A stretch of DNA of 64,000 bases, taken from positions 1 to 64,000 of the forward strand of contig JAVJQW010000008.1 in assembly GCA_040218735.1 (NCBI GenBank), given 5' to 3'. Within the stretch, counting starts at the first letter, position 1, and each line of letters begins with the position of its first letter. This document shows positions 31,568 to 41,900 of the stretch, piece after piece. Made by a program: the position numbers and the translations under genes. The stretch is from Deltaproteobacteria bacterium. Lineage in GTDB: Bacteria; Myxococcota; Kuafuiibacteriia; Kuafuiibacteriales; Kuafuiibacteriaceae. Below the pieces are notes generated by a model. It did no database searches. It saw only the letters and a list, made by a program, of their open reading frames with translations, and was not told the DNA's origin.

Positions 31568-33244
31568 ATGCACAAACGTGAACTACTGACGTTTGCGCTG
31601 GTGACCGCCTTCTCGGCGAGCGCCTACGCACAGGACACCTGCGACGTCGCCGAGCCGATGGACGACACCCGGTTCTTCCGACGCATCTCCATCGACCTGC
31701 GCGGCACCGGTCCGAGCTTCGAGGAGATCAACGTGGTCAAGGACCGCGGCGGTATCGACGAAGAGCTCATCGACGCCATCCTCGAAAACGAGTCGTTCGT
31801 CGCGGCGATGCGCCCGTACCACGCGTCGCTGTTGTGGCCGAACATCGACGCGACCCCGATCGTGCCCGACACCCACGTGCTCTTCCCGCTGGAGATCACG
31901 CCCGGGAACCCGCCGGTCTACCTGTCGCCGGTGCGGTCCGTGTTCATGCGCGCGGTCGGCAACGGGGCGATCTTCGTCCCGTGCCTCGACGAGCCCGCGC
32001 AGTTCGACGGCAACGGCAACATCGTCGCGACGCCTCTGGAGGTCGGCGGCGAGACCGTCGCGATGCAGGAGGGCTGGGTCGAGGTCGAGCCGTACTGGGC
32101 GCCGGGCACCACGGTCCGCGTGTGTGGCTTCGACGCGCAGCCGAACGTCTCGGCGACGGTGTGCCCCGGTCCGGTGGAGCGGTATCCGTTCGTGGAGCCG
32201 ACCTGCAACCAGTTCCGCCAGTTCGCAAACGCGGTGCAGGCGCCGTTCGACGGCACGACGGTCGACTGCAACGGGCGGCAGGCGATCTTCGCGCCGAACT
32301 GCGGCTGCGGACCGAACCTGAACTACTGCCAGACGCAGGAGACGGGGGCGATCATCCGCGCGTCGCTGCTCGAACAAGAGCTGCGCGTCGTCGACGAAGT
32401 CATCCGCGAAGGGCGCCCGTACCACGAGGCACTCACGCAGAAGTCCGTCGACTTCAACGGGCCCATCGCCCACTACCTCGAGCACCAGGCCACGCTGTCG
32501 TTCGACCTCGAAGCCGCCGGCGACCCCGACGCGCCGCCGCCGCCGATCCCGTACTCGGACTTTCAGTGGATCCGCGTCGCGCGCACCGGCCGCCACGCCG
32601 GGGTGCTGACCACGCCCGGCTACCTGCTCCGGTTCACCACGTGGCGCGGTCGCGCGCACCGCTTCTACAACGCGTTCGAGTGCAGCTCGTTCATCCCGAA
32701 CGGACCGCTGCCCTCGCCGCAGGACCCTTGCTCGGACCACGAGGACCTCACGCAGCGCTGTGGTTGCGACGCGTGCCACGAGGCGCTCGAACCGATGGCC
32801 GCGCACTGGGGGCGCTTCTCGGAGTACGGGTTCAGGAACCTGACCGAGACGCAGTTCCCGAGGAACGGCCTGGGCAAGTGCTCGCCGCCGCTCGAGAGCG
32901 TGGACGCGCTGATCGACTGCTTCCGCCAGTACGAGCTGGAGCCGGTCGGTGAGGAGCAGGCCTACGCCGGGCAGCTCAACGCGTACGTGTTCCGCAGCGA
33001 CGACGAGGCGCGCGGCGTGGACGAAGGCCCGACGCGGCTCGTGCAGCAGTCACTCGACTCCGGGCGGTTGTCGTCGTGCACCGTGCAGAAGATGTGGTCG
33101 CACTTCATGCGGCGCGACCCGACGCAGGAAGAGTACGAGACGATCATCCCCGAGCTCATCGCGGGCTTCGAAGGCAGCGGCCACGACCTCAAGTCCGTCG
33201 TCAAAGCCATCGTGATGCACCCCGCCTACCGGAGGCAGCCATGA
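31568..33244 (+). CDS. Secreted DUF1549/DUF1588/DUF1585-like protein with CxxCH
   Basis: FFRRISIDLRG..P, HAGVLTTPGYL, RGRA, CDACH..LEP.A..W, DLK.VVKAIV..PAY. Confidence 0.75.
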   Translation: MHKRELLTFALVTAFSASAYAQDTCDVAEPMDDTRFFRRISIDLRGTGPSFEEINVVKDRGGIDEELIDAILENESFVAAMRPYHASLLWPNIDATPIVPDTHVLFPLEITPGNPPVYLSPVRSVFMRAVGNGAIFVPCLDEPAQFDGNGNIVATPLEVGGETVAMQEGWVEVEPYWAPGTTVRVCGFDAQPNVSATVCPGPVERYPFVEPTCNQFRQFANAVQAPFDGTTVDCNGRQAIFAPNCGCGPNLNYCQTQETGAIIRASLLEQELRVVDEVIREGRPYHEALTQKSVDFNGPIAHYLEHQATLSFDLEAAGDPDAPPPPIPYSDFQWIRVARTGRHAGVLTTPGYLLRFTTWRGRAHRFYNAFECSSFIPNGPLPSPQDPCSDHEDLTQRCGCDACHEALEPMAAHWGRFSEYGFRNLTETQFPRNGLGKCSPPLESVDALIDCFRQYELEPVGEEQAYAGQLNAYVFRSDDEARGVDEGPTRLVQQSLDSGRLSSCTVQKMWSHFMRRDPTQEEYETIIPELIAGFEGSGHDLKSVVKAIVMHPAYRRQP

Positions 33245-33882
33245 ACAAGAAGAACTTCCTGTGGGCCCTGCCCCTGTTGGTCGCCTGCGAGGCGACGCCG
33301 GAGCCGCCCCCCGTGGTGATTCCGACGCCCGACCCGAAGACCCCGGTGACGTCGACGGAGCAGCCGACGATGCCGGTCGACCACCCCGACCCCGTGGGGC
33401 TCGAGGTCGCGTCACGCGGGCCGCGACGCCTGTCGGTGGAGCAGCTGGAACGAACGTTGGAGCACATCGCGGATCTGCCGCTGGGCTCCATCGAGATCCC
33501 GGAGAACCTCGCGCTGACGATGGGGAAGCCGGACTTCCTCCGCGTCACGGAGGAGTCGCTCGACCCGTCGCCGCTGTACATGAAGTTCATCGTCGACCTC
33601 GGCGGCTTCTACTGCACCGGCATCGCCGACGCGGACCTGAACGCTCAGACCCCGCGCCCCGAGAACCAGCGGTTGATGAACCGCTACCCGGCGAGCGTCG
33701 ACGACGGGCTCGAGCACATGCTGCTGATGTTCACGGGCATCGAGGGTGAGGACGCCGCGCCGTACGTGGAGCGGTTGCGTCGTGCGTACGACGCCGGCGC
33801 GGCCAGCGCGCTTGGTGCGCGCGGCGGCTGGGAGGCGTCATGCCTCGCGCTGTTCACGTCCCCCGAGTTCCTCCTCTACTGA
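33241..33882 (+). CDS. Hypothetical lipoprotein of the DUF1501 cluster
   Basis: LVAC lipobox; PRRLS.EQL; C-terminal W..C.AL.TSPEFLLY; ATGA overlap with the upstream gene. Confidence 0.8.
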   Translation: MNKKNFLWALPLLVACEATPEPPPVVIPTPDPKTPVTSTEQPTMPVDHPDPVGLEVASRGPRRLSVEQLERTLEHIADLPLGSIEIPENLALTMGKPDFLRVTEESLDPSPLYMKFIVDLGGFYCTGIADADLNAQTPRPENQRLMNRYPASVDDGLEHMLLMFTGIEGEDAAPYVERLRRAYDAGAASALGARGGWEASCLALFTSPEFLLY

Positions 33883-33899
33883 AACGAACGGAGATCACC

Positions 33900-35279
33900 A
33901 TGACGAAACTACACTCGAGTCGCCGTGGATTCCTGAAGCAGGCCGCCTTCGGAGCGGGCGGCCTCCTGCTCGGCAGCTCGTTGTCGCGGCGCGCGCTCGC
34001 GCAGACCGGGATGGACGACCACCGCTTCGTGTTCGCCTACTTCGAAGGCGGCTGGGACATCCTGCTGGGCCTCGACCCGCGCGGGACGCAGACCAGCCCC
34101 GAGACCGATCTGATCGATCCGGGTTGGGGTGCGTTGCCGATGAACTACCGCAACCGCGGCATCCGCACGGAGGGCGCGCTGCGCGTCGGGCCGGCGATGG
34201 CGCCGGAGATGGTGCAGCACCTCCCGGACTGTTCGATCGTGAACGCGATCGGGATGGACACCGCGTCGCACGAAGTCGGGCGGCGGTACTTCATCACCGG
34301 GCGCTTCCCGCGCGGCATCGCGGCGGTGGGTTCCTCGACCGCGTCGGAGATCTCGGCGCAGCTCGCGGACGCGCAGCCCATCCCGAACATGTCGGCGGGT
34401 GTCGAGTCGTACGCGACGGGGCTCCCGGCGCACGCGACCGCGCTCAACGTGAACGGCCTGACGGACCTCGTCGTCGCGCTCACGCCGTTCGTGGAGATCG
34501 ACCCGACGGTGGTGTCCGCGATGCAGGCGTACCAGGACGAGGCCCCGGGGTGTGGTGCGCAGCGCCTCGACCGGAACGGGCTCGCGTCGCACCTGCTCCG
34601 CAACCAGAAGCGCGCGCGAACGTACATCGAGTCGCGGCTCGACTCGCTGTTCGATCTGGGCCGGCAGGACGCGGAGATGGAGACACTGCGACAGCGCTAC
34701 GGCATCGGCGGAGGCGACACGACGAACCCGAGCTCGCCGGAGATCCTCTCGTTCGTCGCGGGCCAGGCGCTCAAGAACGAGGTGAGCCGCGTGGTGTCGG
34801 TGCGCGTCGCGCAGAACCTCGACACCCACTCGAACTGGGCGGCGGACCAACCGTCGCGACAGGAGCGCGGGTGGCGGGCGTTGGCTTCGCTGATGACCGA
34901 CCTCAAGGCGACGCCGCTGCGCGACACGGGCAAGTCGATGTTCGACGTGACGACGTTCGTCGTCTTCTCGGAGTTCGGTCGCACGCCGCTGTTCAACAAC
35001 CTGCAGGGGCGTGACCACTTCCTCGGGAACTCGTGCCTCGTCGCGGGCCCCGGCATGAAGCGGAACACGACGATCGGTCAGAGCGCGGTGCGCGGCATGA
35101 TGCCGTACTCGACGGACCTCGACTCCGGCACGGGCGTCCCGTCGCCGACCGAAGCGCAGCTGTCGTCGGGGCGCGTGCAGACGCTGTCGCCGAAACACGT
35201 GCTTGCGACGGTGCTCGAGTCGGCCGGCCTGAACCACGAGTATCTGCGGACGGAGCCCATCCAGGCGCTCCTCACCTGA
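33900..35279 (+). CDS. DUF1501-family Tat-exported protein
   Basis: SRRGFLK Tat motif; F.GGWD...DP, DTH, SEFGRTP..N..GRDH. Confidence 0.88.
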   Translation: MTKLHSSRRGFLKQAAFGAGGLLLGSSLSRRALAQTGMDDHRFVFAYFEGGWDILLGLDPRGTQTSPETDLIDPGWGALPMNYRNRGIRTEGALRVGPAMAPEMVQHLPDCSIVNAIGMDTASHEVGRRYFITGRFPRGIAAVGSSTASEISAQLADAQPIPNMSAGVESYATGLPAHATALNVNGLTDLVVALTPFVEIDPTVVSAMQAYQDEAPGCGAQRLDRNGLASHLLRNQKRARTYIESRLDSLFDLGRQDAEMETLRQRYGIGGGDTTNPSSPEILSFVAGQALKNEVSRVVSVRVAQNLDTHSNWAADQPSRQERGWRALASLMTDLKATPLRDTGKSMFDVTTFVVFSEFGRTPLFNNLQGRDHFLGNSCLVAGPGMKRNTTIGQSAVRGMMPYSTDLDSGTGVPSPTEAQLSSGRVQTLSPKHVLATVLESAGLNHEYLRTEPIQALLT

Positions 35280-35375
35280 GCCAATGCGGACCACCCCGCG
35301 CGATAACGGTGCACCGTAACGGCGCGGCGGCGTGAACCCGCTGCGTCGCTCGGCCTGGCACGCGATTCGCTCTGA

Positions 35376-35960
35376 GTGCGCGGCGTGCGTCGCGTCCACA
35401 TCCTCCCCGGCCGACATCAACCACCCCACGACGATCACTTCGCGCTGATCCGGCACGCGCTCTCGCGCATCGAGGGCGCGCTGTACCTCGGGCTGATCGT
35501 CGACGTCCCCGGCGTCGAGTCGCGCACTCCGTTCGAGCGCGCCGGCAAGATCATGAACGCGCCGGACCGCGCCCCGTACTCGTTCGACGTGCGGCGCGAG
35601 ATGGTGGAGGCCGGCGTCGCGGAGTGCCTGCTCCCGGAGGAGAGCGCGCGGGTGCAGGTGGTCCCCCTCGTGCGTCCCGAGATCGCGTGGGATCTCGTGG
35701 AGGCGATCTTCCCGGAGCGTCGGGTGTGGATCGTGCCGGACGTCGGCGAGACCTTCGACGACCACAAGGCCGCGTTCTTCGCTTCGCGCGGTGACGAGGT
35801 CTTGCGCATCACCGCGCCGACCACCACCTGCGGCTGGACGGTCCGCAACCTGATCGCCGCGCGCGACGCGGGCGTCGCCCGGCACGTCCCTTCGTCGGTC
35901 GTATCGATCCTCGAGGGCCTGCACGGCCCTCATCACCCAGCAAAGGAGCAAGAGGCATGA
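35376..35960 (+). CDS. HIGH-type nucleotidyltransferase (NMNAT/cytidylyltransferase-like)
   Basis: PGRHQPPHDDH resembles GRFQP.H.GH; PYSFDVRREM; C-terminal G..VR..I......VP..V. Confidence 0.65.
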   Translation: MRGVRRVHILPGRHQPPHDDHFALIRHALSRIEGALYLGLIVDVPGVESRTPFERAGKIMNAPDRAPYSFDVRREMVEAGVAECLLPEESARVQVVPLVRPEIAWDLVEAIFPERRVWIVPDVGETFDDHKAAFFASRGDEVLRITAPTTTCGWTVRNLIAARDAGVARHVPSSVVSILEGLHGPHHPAKEQEA

Positions 35961-37069
35961 AACTCGGAGCAATGATCGTCGGCGTCCGCGGGGCGACCGC
36001 GAGCACGTTGATCGCCACCGCCATGGCGCCACGTGAAGGGGACGTGGCGAGGTATCTCGTTTCTCAGGAGCTGGACGTTCCGCCCGTGGATTCGATCCAG
36101 TGGGGCGGGTGGGACGTCCGCGACGAGACGTGGGAGGAGACGGTGCGTCGGCACGGCGTGCTCGGCGAGGACGCCGCGGAGCGCCTCGAGCGCGTGCACG
36201 TCTACGACGCCGTCGCGTTCGAGCGCGACCACGCGGTGGTGGCGGACGAGACGAAGCCGGCCGTGGAACGCGGCCCCGCGATCGTCGCGCGGCTGCGGGA
36301 CGACATTCGCGCGTTCCGCGCGGCGACAGGCGTGGACCGCGTCGTGGTCGTGCACCTCAGCACGCCCGCGATCCTCCCGGAGCGCGACGCATGGCCGCAG
36401 ACCGCGGAGGCGTTCCTCGAAGCGATCGACCGCACCGCGTTCGCGACCGCGCCGCCGTACTACACGGCGGCGGCGATCGAAGAAGGCGCCGCCGTCGTCG
36501 ACTACACCGCGAGCCCGACGCTGGAGATCCCGGGCCTGGTGGCGCTCGCCGAAGCGCGCGGCGTGCCGCTCGCAGGGCGCGACGGGAGCACCGGGCAGAC
36601 TCTGCTCAAGTCCGTGCTCGCGCAGATGTTCAAGACCCGGCGGCTGCGCGTGCGTGGCTGGTACAGCACGAACATCCTCGGCAACCACGACGGCCTGGTG
36701 CTCTCCGACGATCGCTTCGCCGACACCAAGCGCATCGACAAGACCGCGCTCCTCGAGGAGATCCTCGGCGAGCCGGTCGAGGCGCACCTCGTCGACATCC
36801 GGCACTACGGACCGGCCGGCGACGTGAAGGAAGCGTGGGACGCGGTCGATTTCGAGGGGTGGGGAGGTCTCGCGGGGACGCTGAGAATCAACTGGCGCGC
36901 GTGTGATTCACTCCTCGCGACCCCGGCGATCCTCGACCTCGTGCGGCTGACCGCGCGCGCCGCCGAACAGGGGCGCGCGGGTCTGCAAGTTCAGTTGTCG
37001 TCGTTCTTCAAGTACCCGCTGGGCACCAGCGAGCGCCGCTACCTGGAGCTGGCGAAGTGGCTCATCTAG
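35957..37069 (+). CDS. myo-Inositol-1-phosphate synthase-family protein
   Basis: G..GA.A.T, WGGWDV, P.AGRDG.TGQT.LK..LA, WYSTNILGN.DG, K.AWD..DF.G, DS.LA.P.ILDL, FFK.P. Confidence 0.88.
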   Translation: MKLGAMIVGVRGATASTLIATAMAPREGDVARYLVSQELDVPPVDSIQWGGWDVRDETWEETVRRHGVLGEDAAERLERVHVYDAVAFERDHAVVADETKPAVERGPAIVARLRDDIRAFRAATGVDRVVVVHLSTPAILPERDAWPQTAEAFLEAIDRTAFATAPPYYTAAAIEEGAAVVDYTASPTLEIPGLVALAEARGVPLAGRDGSTGQTLLKSVLAQMFKTRRLRVRGWYSTNILGNHDGLVLSDDRFADTKRIDKTALLEEILGEPVEAHLVDIRHYGPAGDVKEAWDAVDFEGWGGLAGTLRINWRACDSLLATPAILDLVRLTARAAEQGRAGLQVQLSSFFKYPLGTSERRYLELAKWLI

Positions 37070-37140
37070 TTCGGTAGCGAGGCTGCGCCTCGAACGCTCC
37101 AGGCTCGGCCGAAACGCAGTGCGGCGCATCCTCGCGCTGG

Positions 37141-37165
37141 CAGCCAACAGCGGGCAGCCGGCAGC
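37141..37165 (+). repeat. Heptamer tandem repeat (CAGCnnn x3.5), left arm
   Basis: cagccaa-cagcggg-cagccgg-cagc; inverted relative to 37569-37593. Confidence 0.6.
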
Positions 37166-37189
37166 TTTGTGCCACGACCGTTGCGCCAG

Positions 37190-37516
37190 CTATCCAGCGG
37201 GCTCGATGCGCCGACGGAACGTGTAGAGCATCCGGCTGATCTCGTCGATTTCGTCGGCGAGTTGTACTTGGTCGCGAGAGGCGACGTACCCGAGGTCCTT
37301 GGCGCACAGGAGGAGGTAGTCCGTCTCGCTCAATGAGCCCTCGGCAATGTTGAGGAAGCGCGCAAAGTCTTGATCGGTCCTGCGCTTGGAGCCCTCGGCG
37401 ATATTCGACGGCACCGAGACCGCTGCACGTCTCAGCTGGGATGTCAGACCGAAACGTTCGTCGTCGGGGAACGCCTTGGCCAGATGGTAGACCCGCAGGA
37501 CGAGCGCGTGGCTGCG
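37190..37516 (-). pseudogene. Four-helix-bundle protein (23S rRNA IVP/bAvd-like), 5'-truncated
   Basis: RSHALVLRVY..AKAFP.DERFGLTSQLRRAAVSVPSNIAEG..R....F.RFL.IA.GS.SE. In-frame TAG at 37535-37537, with no start codon between it and the first homologous codon. Confidence 0.8.
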
Positions 37517-37568
37517 AGCATCAGCTCGATCGGGCTATCGAATCAGCACGGATTGCGGTCTGAGCGAT

Positions 37569-37593
37569 CTGCCGGCTGCTGGCTGCGACCTGC
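37569..37593 (-). repeat. Heptamer tandem repeat (CTGCnnn x3.5), right arm
   Basis: ctgccgg-ctgctgg-ctgcgac-ctgc; the 11-mer ctgccggctgc is the exact reverse complement of gcagccggcag in the left arm. Confidence 0.6.
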
Positions 37594-37667
37594 AGGCCCC
37601 GGCGGTCAATCAGCGCAACGAGAGTCGGCCCTTTTCGTCACGGTTCTCTTGGAGCAAGACTCCTAGA

Positions 37668-38165
37668 CTAGCCGTCCATCTTCGCGTTGGCGGCGTCGAT
37701 CTTCTTCTCGAGCACGTCGAGCTCCGCCTCGAACTTCACTTCGAGCTCGGGCCAATGCGTACCGTCGGCGCGCTGCAGTGACTGCAGGTCGGCGCGCGCC
37801 GACTCGAGGGCCCGCTCGACTTCCTGCGCCTTCTGCGGAGCGGTCTTCGGGTCCTTGCGAACCTCCAACACCTTCCACTTCTGCTCGGCGTCGACGAAGC
37901 GCTCACGCAGCTTCTCCGTTCGGTTGCGCTGCACGTCGGTCTGCGCGACGGCCGGTACGTCGGGGCGCTTGGTCTCGATCTTCGGCGTGGGGGTCGGCGT
38001 GATCGGCGAGTCCTCGTCGTCGAGCGGAGCGTCGGGCACCGCGGTGGTCGTCGCGGGGCCCGGGAGCTGCGTGAGCGACTCGGTCTTGCTGGGTTGGTCC
38101 TTGCAGCCGACGAACAGCGCGCCGGCGGCAACGGTCGCGAGGGTGATCTGGATGATGCGTTTCAT
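37668..38165 (-). CDS. Hypothetical lipoprotein with coiled-coil C-terminus
   Basis: FVGC lipobox; GGAAGGA RBS. Confidence 0.75.
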   Translation of the reverse strand: MKRIIQITLATVAAGALFVGCKDQPSKTESLTQLPGPATTTAVPDAPLDDEDSPITPTPTPKIETKRPDVPAVAQTDVQRNRTEKLRERFVDAEQKWKVLEVRKDPKTAPQKAQEVERALESARADLQSLQRADGTHWPELEVKFEAELDVLEKKIDAANAKMDG

Positions 38166-38192
38166 AGTCGTGGGTCCTTCCTTCGGTTCTTC

Positions 38193-38777
38193 CTATTTGG
38201 CGTCGACGGCGACGACGTCGTCCTCGGCGACGCGCGACGGCGCGAAGACGCGGATCTGCACGTCGTGGCGTCCGGTCGAATCCTCCGCCGCCTTCGCGAC
38301 TTGGATTCGCGCCCCGGACACGCCCTCGGCGACGAGCCCTTCGACGACCGCGTCCGCGCGGCGTCGGGCGACGACGTCCTCGCGATCGGCGACCGCGTCG
38401 TCGGCGTGACCGACGACCACGACCTTCGCGAGGGGGTTCGCGCGGATGTGGTTCGCGGCGGTGGCGATGGTGGCGTCACCGACCGGGCCGACGGTCCACT
38501 GGCTCTCGGCGAACAACACGCGGTGAACGGTGGGCGCCTCGACCTGCACGTCACCGGCGACCGGGATCACCTGCCCTTCGGACGCGGGGACGCCGTCGAG
38601 CACCACGTCGGGGACCACGGCGTCTGCGGCGGCGTCCGCGGGGCGCCCTTCGTCGAGTGTGTAGGGGCCGACGGGTTCGGCGGGCTCAGCGGAGGCTTCG
38701 TTCGCCTCGGGCGCGGGGGCCGTCGATGCGCAGGCCGCGAACAGCGCGGCCAGCGGCCAGGTGGCGTAGTTCGTCAT
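38193..38777 (-). CDS. OmpA-like peptidoglycan-binding lipoprotein
   Basis: FAAC lipobox; VLF..., V.VVGHAD...RRADAV...LV..GV...RI. Confidence 0.75.
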   Translation of the reverse strand: MTNYATWPLAALFAACASTAPAPEANEASAEPAEPVGPYTLDEGRPADAAADAVVPDVVLDGVPASEGQVIPVAGDVQVEAPTVHRVLFAESQWTVGPVGDATIATAANHIRANPLAKVVVVGHADDAVADREDVVARRRADAVVEGLVAEGVSGARIQVAKAAEDSTGRHDVQIRVFAPSRVAEDDVVAVDAK

Positions 38778-38950
38778 GCGCTTGCGGTTCATGGGGCGAT
38801 GAAGAAGCAGGCTCCGTGCCACCGGCCCGTAGCGCCCTCACGGGGTCCAACCCCGATGCGCCGCGCCACGACTGTGACGCAATGCCCCAGCGCCGACCGG
38901 CGCCAACTGGCCGCCGAACACTCGACGCGGTAGCCTCGAAGTCAGGCGCC

Positions 38951-41900
38951 TTGGCAAAGCTCGAGCTCGGTCCCATCTCCGTCGAAGCGCTCATCGGCCG
39001 CGGCGGAATGGCGGACGTGTTCTCCGGAACCCACGTCCGGCAGAACACCCCGGTCGCCGTCAAGGTCATCACCGCGACCTACGCGATGGAGCCGATGTTC
39101 GCGCAGTGCTTCGAGAACGAAGTGCAGTCCGTCGCGCGTCTGCACCACCCGGGCATCGTGATGGTCTACGACTACGGTCGGATCCCGCACGACTTCGAGT
39201 TCACCCCCAAAATCAAGCTCGCGAAGGACAGCCCCTACCTGGTGATGGAGCACGCGCACCACGGCGCGCTCGACCGCGTGAAACACACGCTGAAGTGGTC
39301 GGCGCTCCGCGCATTGTTGCTCTCACTCCTCGACGCCCTCGCCCACGCCCACGCGCGCGGCGTCCTCCACCGCGACATCAAGCCGGGCAACATCCTCGTC
39401 TGCGGCGCGAACGAACCACGCCCCGGCATCAAACTCACCGACTTCGGCATCGCCCACGCGATGGAGCGCGAGGGCGTGCCCAGCGCCTCAGAGATCACCG
39501 GCGGCACGCCGTTGTTCATGGCGCCCGAACAGTTCGACGCCTCTTGGCGCGACTACGGTCCGTGGACCGATCTCTACGCGCTCGGATGCCTCACGTTCCT
39601 GTACGCGACGGGGCGCCCGCCGTTCGTCGGCGACCACCCGATGGCGCTCGCCGTCAGCCACCTGAGGAAGGCGCCGCCGCGTTTTCAACCGGAGCACGCG
39701 ATGCCCGTCGGCCTCGAAGCGTGGGTGCTTCGTTGCCTCGAGAAGGATCCGCGCGATCGTTTCCGCGTCGCCGCCGACGCCGCGTGGGCGTTGCGCGCGC
39801 TCGGCGAGCCGCGCGACGAGTCGGCACGAGAACGCGAGCCGAGTGTGCTGCGGGTGATCTCTGCTCCGGCCGCGCCGACCACGCCGAACGACGCGCCGCC
39901 CCCCGAGTCCGAGCTCTCCGAGCGCACGTACACCCTCGTCTGGGACAACGCGCTCGACCGCGACACCGAGGAGCTGCAGGACACGATCACCGACCTGCAG
40001 CTGGACCTCGACGAGACCTCCGGCTCCGAAGAGACCTCGAACGTCCCCGACGACATCCTCTCGTTCCTCGACGACACCGACGACGCCGACGCCACGGAGG
40101 CGGAGATCGTCCTCCGTCGCCCCGACCCGCTCCTCCCGACGACGCCGCCGCTGCCGACCAGCTGGCGACGCCCCACCCCCGACGGTCCGCCCGTTCACCT
40201 GATGGGCGCGGGCCTCGGGCTGTACGGCCTCCGCAGCATCCCGATGGTCGGGCGCGACCGCGAGCGTGATCTGCTGTGGCACGCGTTGCGCCTCGTCCGC
40301 GACGACGCCAGCGCACGCGCGGTGGTGCTCACCGGGCTCGCCGGCACCGGCAAGAGCCGACTCGTCGAGTGGATCGCGCAGCGCGCGGTGGAAGTCGGCA
40401 GCGCGACGGTGCTCCGCGCCACCCACGGTCCGCACGGCAGCCCGACCGAAGGGCTCCCACGGATGGTCGCGCGGTTCCTACGCTGCACCGACCTCGAGCG
40501 CCCCGCCGTGCTCGAACGCTCCGAAGAGGTGCTCCGCCGCCTGGGCGCGACGGACCCGTACGAGTGGCAGGTCCTCACCGAGCTGATCACCCCCGCGCCG
40601 CTCGTACCCGACGCGCCGCTCGACTCGAGCCCGGCGGCCCTCACCATCCCCGAGGGTCGCGAGCGTCACGCGATCGTGCTGCGGCTGATCGAACGCCTGA
40701 CCGAGGAGCGCCCGGTCATCCTCTGGCTCGACGACGTTCACTACTCCCCCGATGCGATCCAGTTCGCGCGCTTCGTGCTCAACGCCCAGAACAAACGGCG
40801 CCGCCCCGTGCTGCTCCTGCTCACCGCGCGCGAGGAGCTGCTCGTCGAACGCGCGCTGGAGGCCAAGCTCCTCGACAGCCTGTTGATGTCCCCGCGCGTC
40901 GGCAAGTTGGAGGTCGAGCCGCTGCCGCTGTCTTCGCACGAAGAGCTCGTCGAAGGGCTCCTCGGTCTCAACCGGCACGTCGCCCACCTCGTCGCTCAAC
41001 GGACCAACGGCAACCCGCAGTACGCGGTGCAGCTCGTCGGCGACTGGGTGCACCGCGGCGTGCTCACGCTCGGAGACTCCGGCTTCTCACTCGTCGACGG
41101 CGAGAGCACCGCGCTCCCCGCCGGGATGCACGAAGTCTGGACGAAGCGCGTCGAGCTGATCCTCGAACGACACGAGGCATCGCAGCGCACCGCGCTGGAG
41201 ATCGCGGCGATCCTCGGGCGCGACGTCGACCAGATCGAGTGGGAGGCCGCGTCGAAGAAGGCGGGTGTGAAGCCTTCGCCTGCGCTGATCGACGACCTCG
41301 CGACGCGGCGCCTCGCGCAGAAGACCGAGCTCGGCTTCTCGTTCTCACACAACATGCTGCGTGAGACGCTCGAACGCATCGCGCGCGAGCAGAAGCGCTA
41401 CGAAGGCCTGCACCAGCTCTGCGCGGAGATGTTGTACGAACGCTACGGCACCCTCACGCGCGGCATGGCGGAGCGCATCGGTCGTCACTACCTCGCCGGC
41501 GGCTGTTACAAGGACGCGCTGTCGCCGCTCCTGCGCGGCGCCAACGAACGCTTCGCCGCGAGTGAGTACCTCGAGACCGAGGAGCTGCTGCGCGACTACG
41601 AGCGCGCGCTCGAGGCGATCAACGTGCCGAAGGCCGACCCGCGGTGGAGCGACTGCTGGGTGCTCCGCGCGCGCGTCGCGACGGTGCACGGGCGCTTCGA
41701 GGAGGCGACGTCGTGGGCGACCCGCGCCGAGAACAACGCGCGGCGCTGGGACCGCACGCGGGTGGTCGCCGAGGCGCTCCGCGAGCGGGCGCAGATCGCG
41801 TACCACCGCGGCGAGCCGGAGGAGGCGTTGGATCTCTACCAGGGCGCGCGCAAGCTCTTCGAAGAGTTGGAAGACTCACGGGGTGTGGCGCGCTGCCAGA

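Noticed and set aside
30062-31573. N-terminal ~500 aa of the 992-aa ORF 28595..31573
   Set aside because: It is antisense to the cytochrome lipoprotein gene. The real start is ATG 30061, with an RBS and lipobox.
35296-35327. Palindrome ACGGTGCACCGT within a GC stem after the DUF1501 gene
   Set aside because: It has no U-tract and is a single occurrence, so I cannot distinguish it from chance in GC-rich DNA.
37190-37516. Diversity-generating retroelement (Avd-like gene)
   Set aside because: There is no reverse transcriptase and no template/variable repeat pair in the window.
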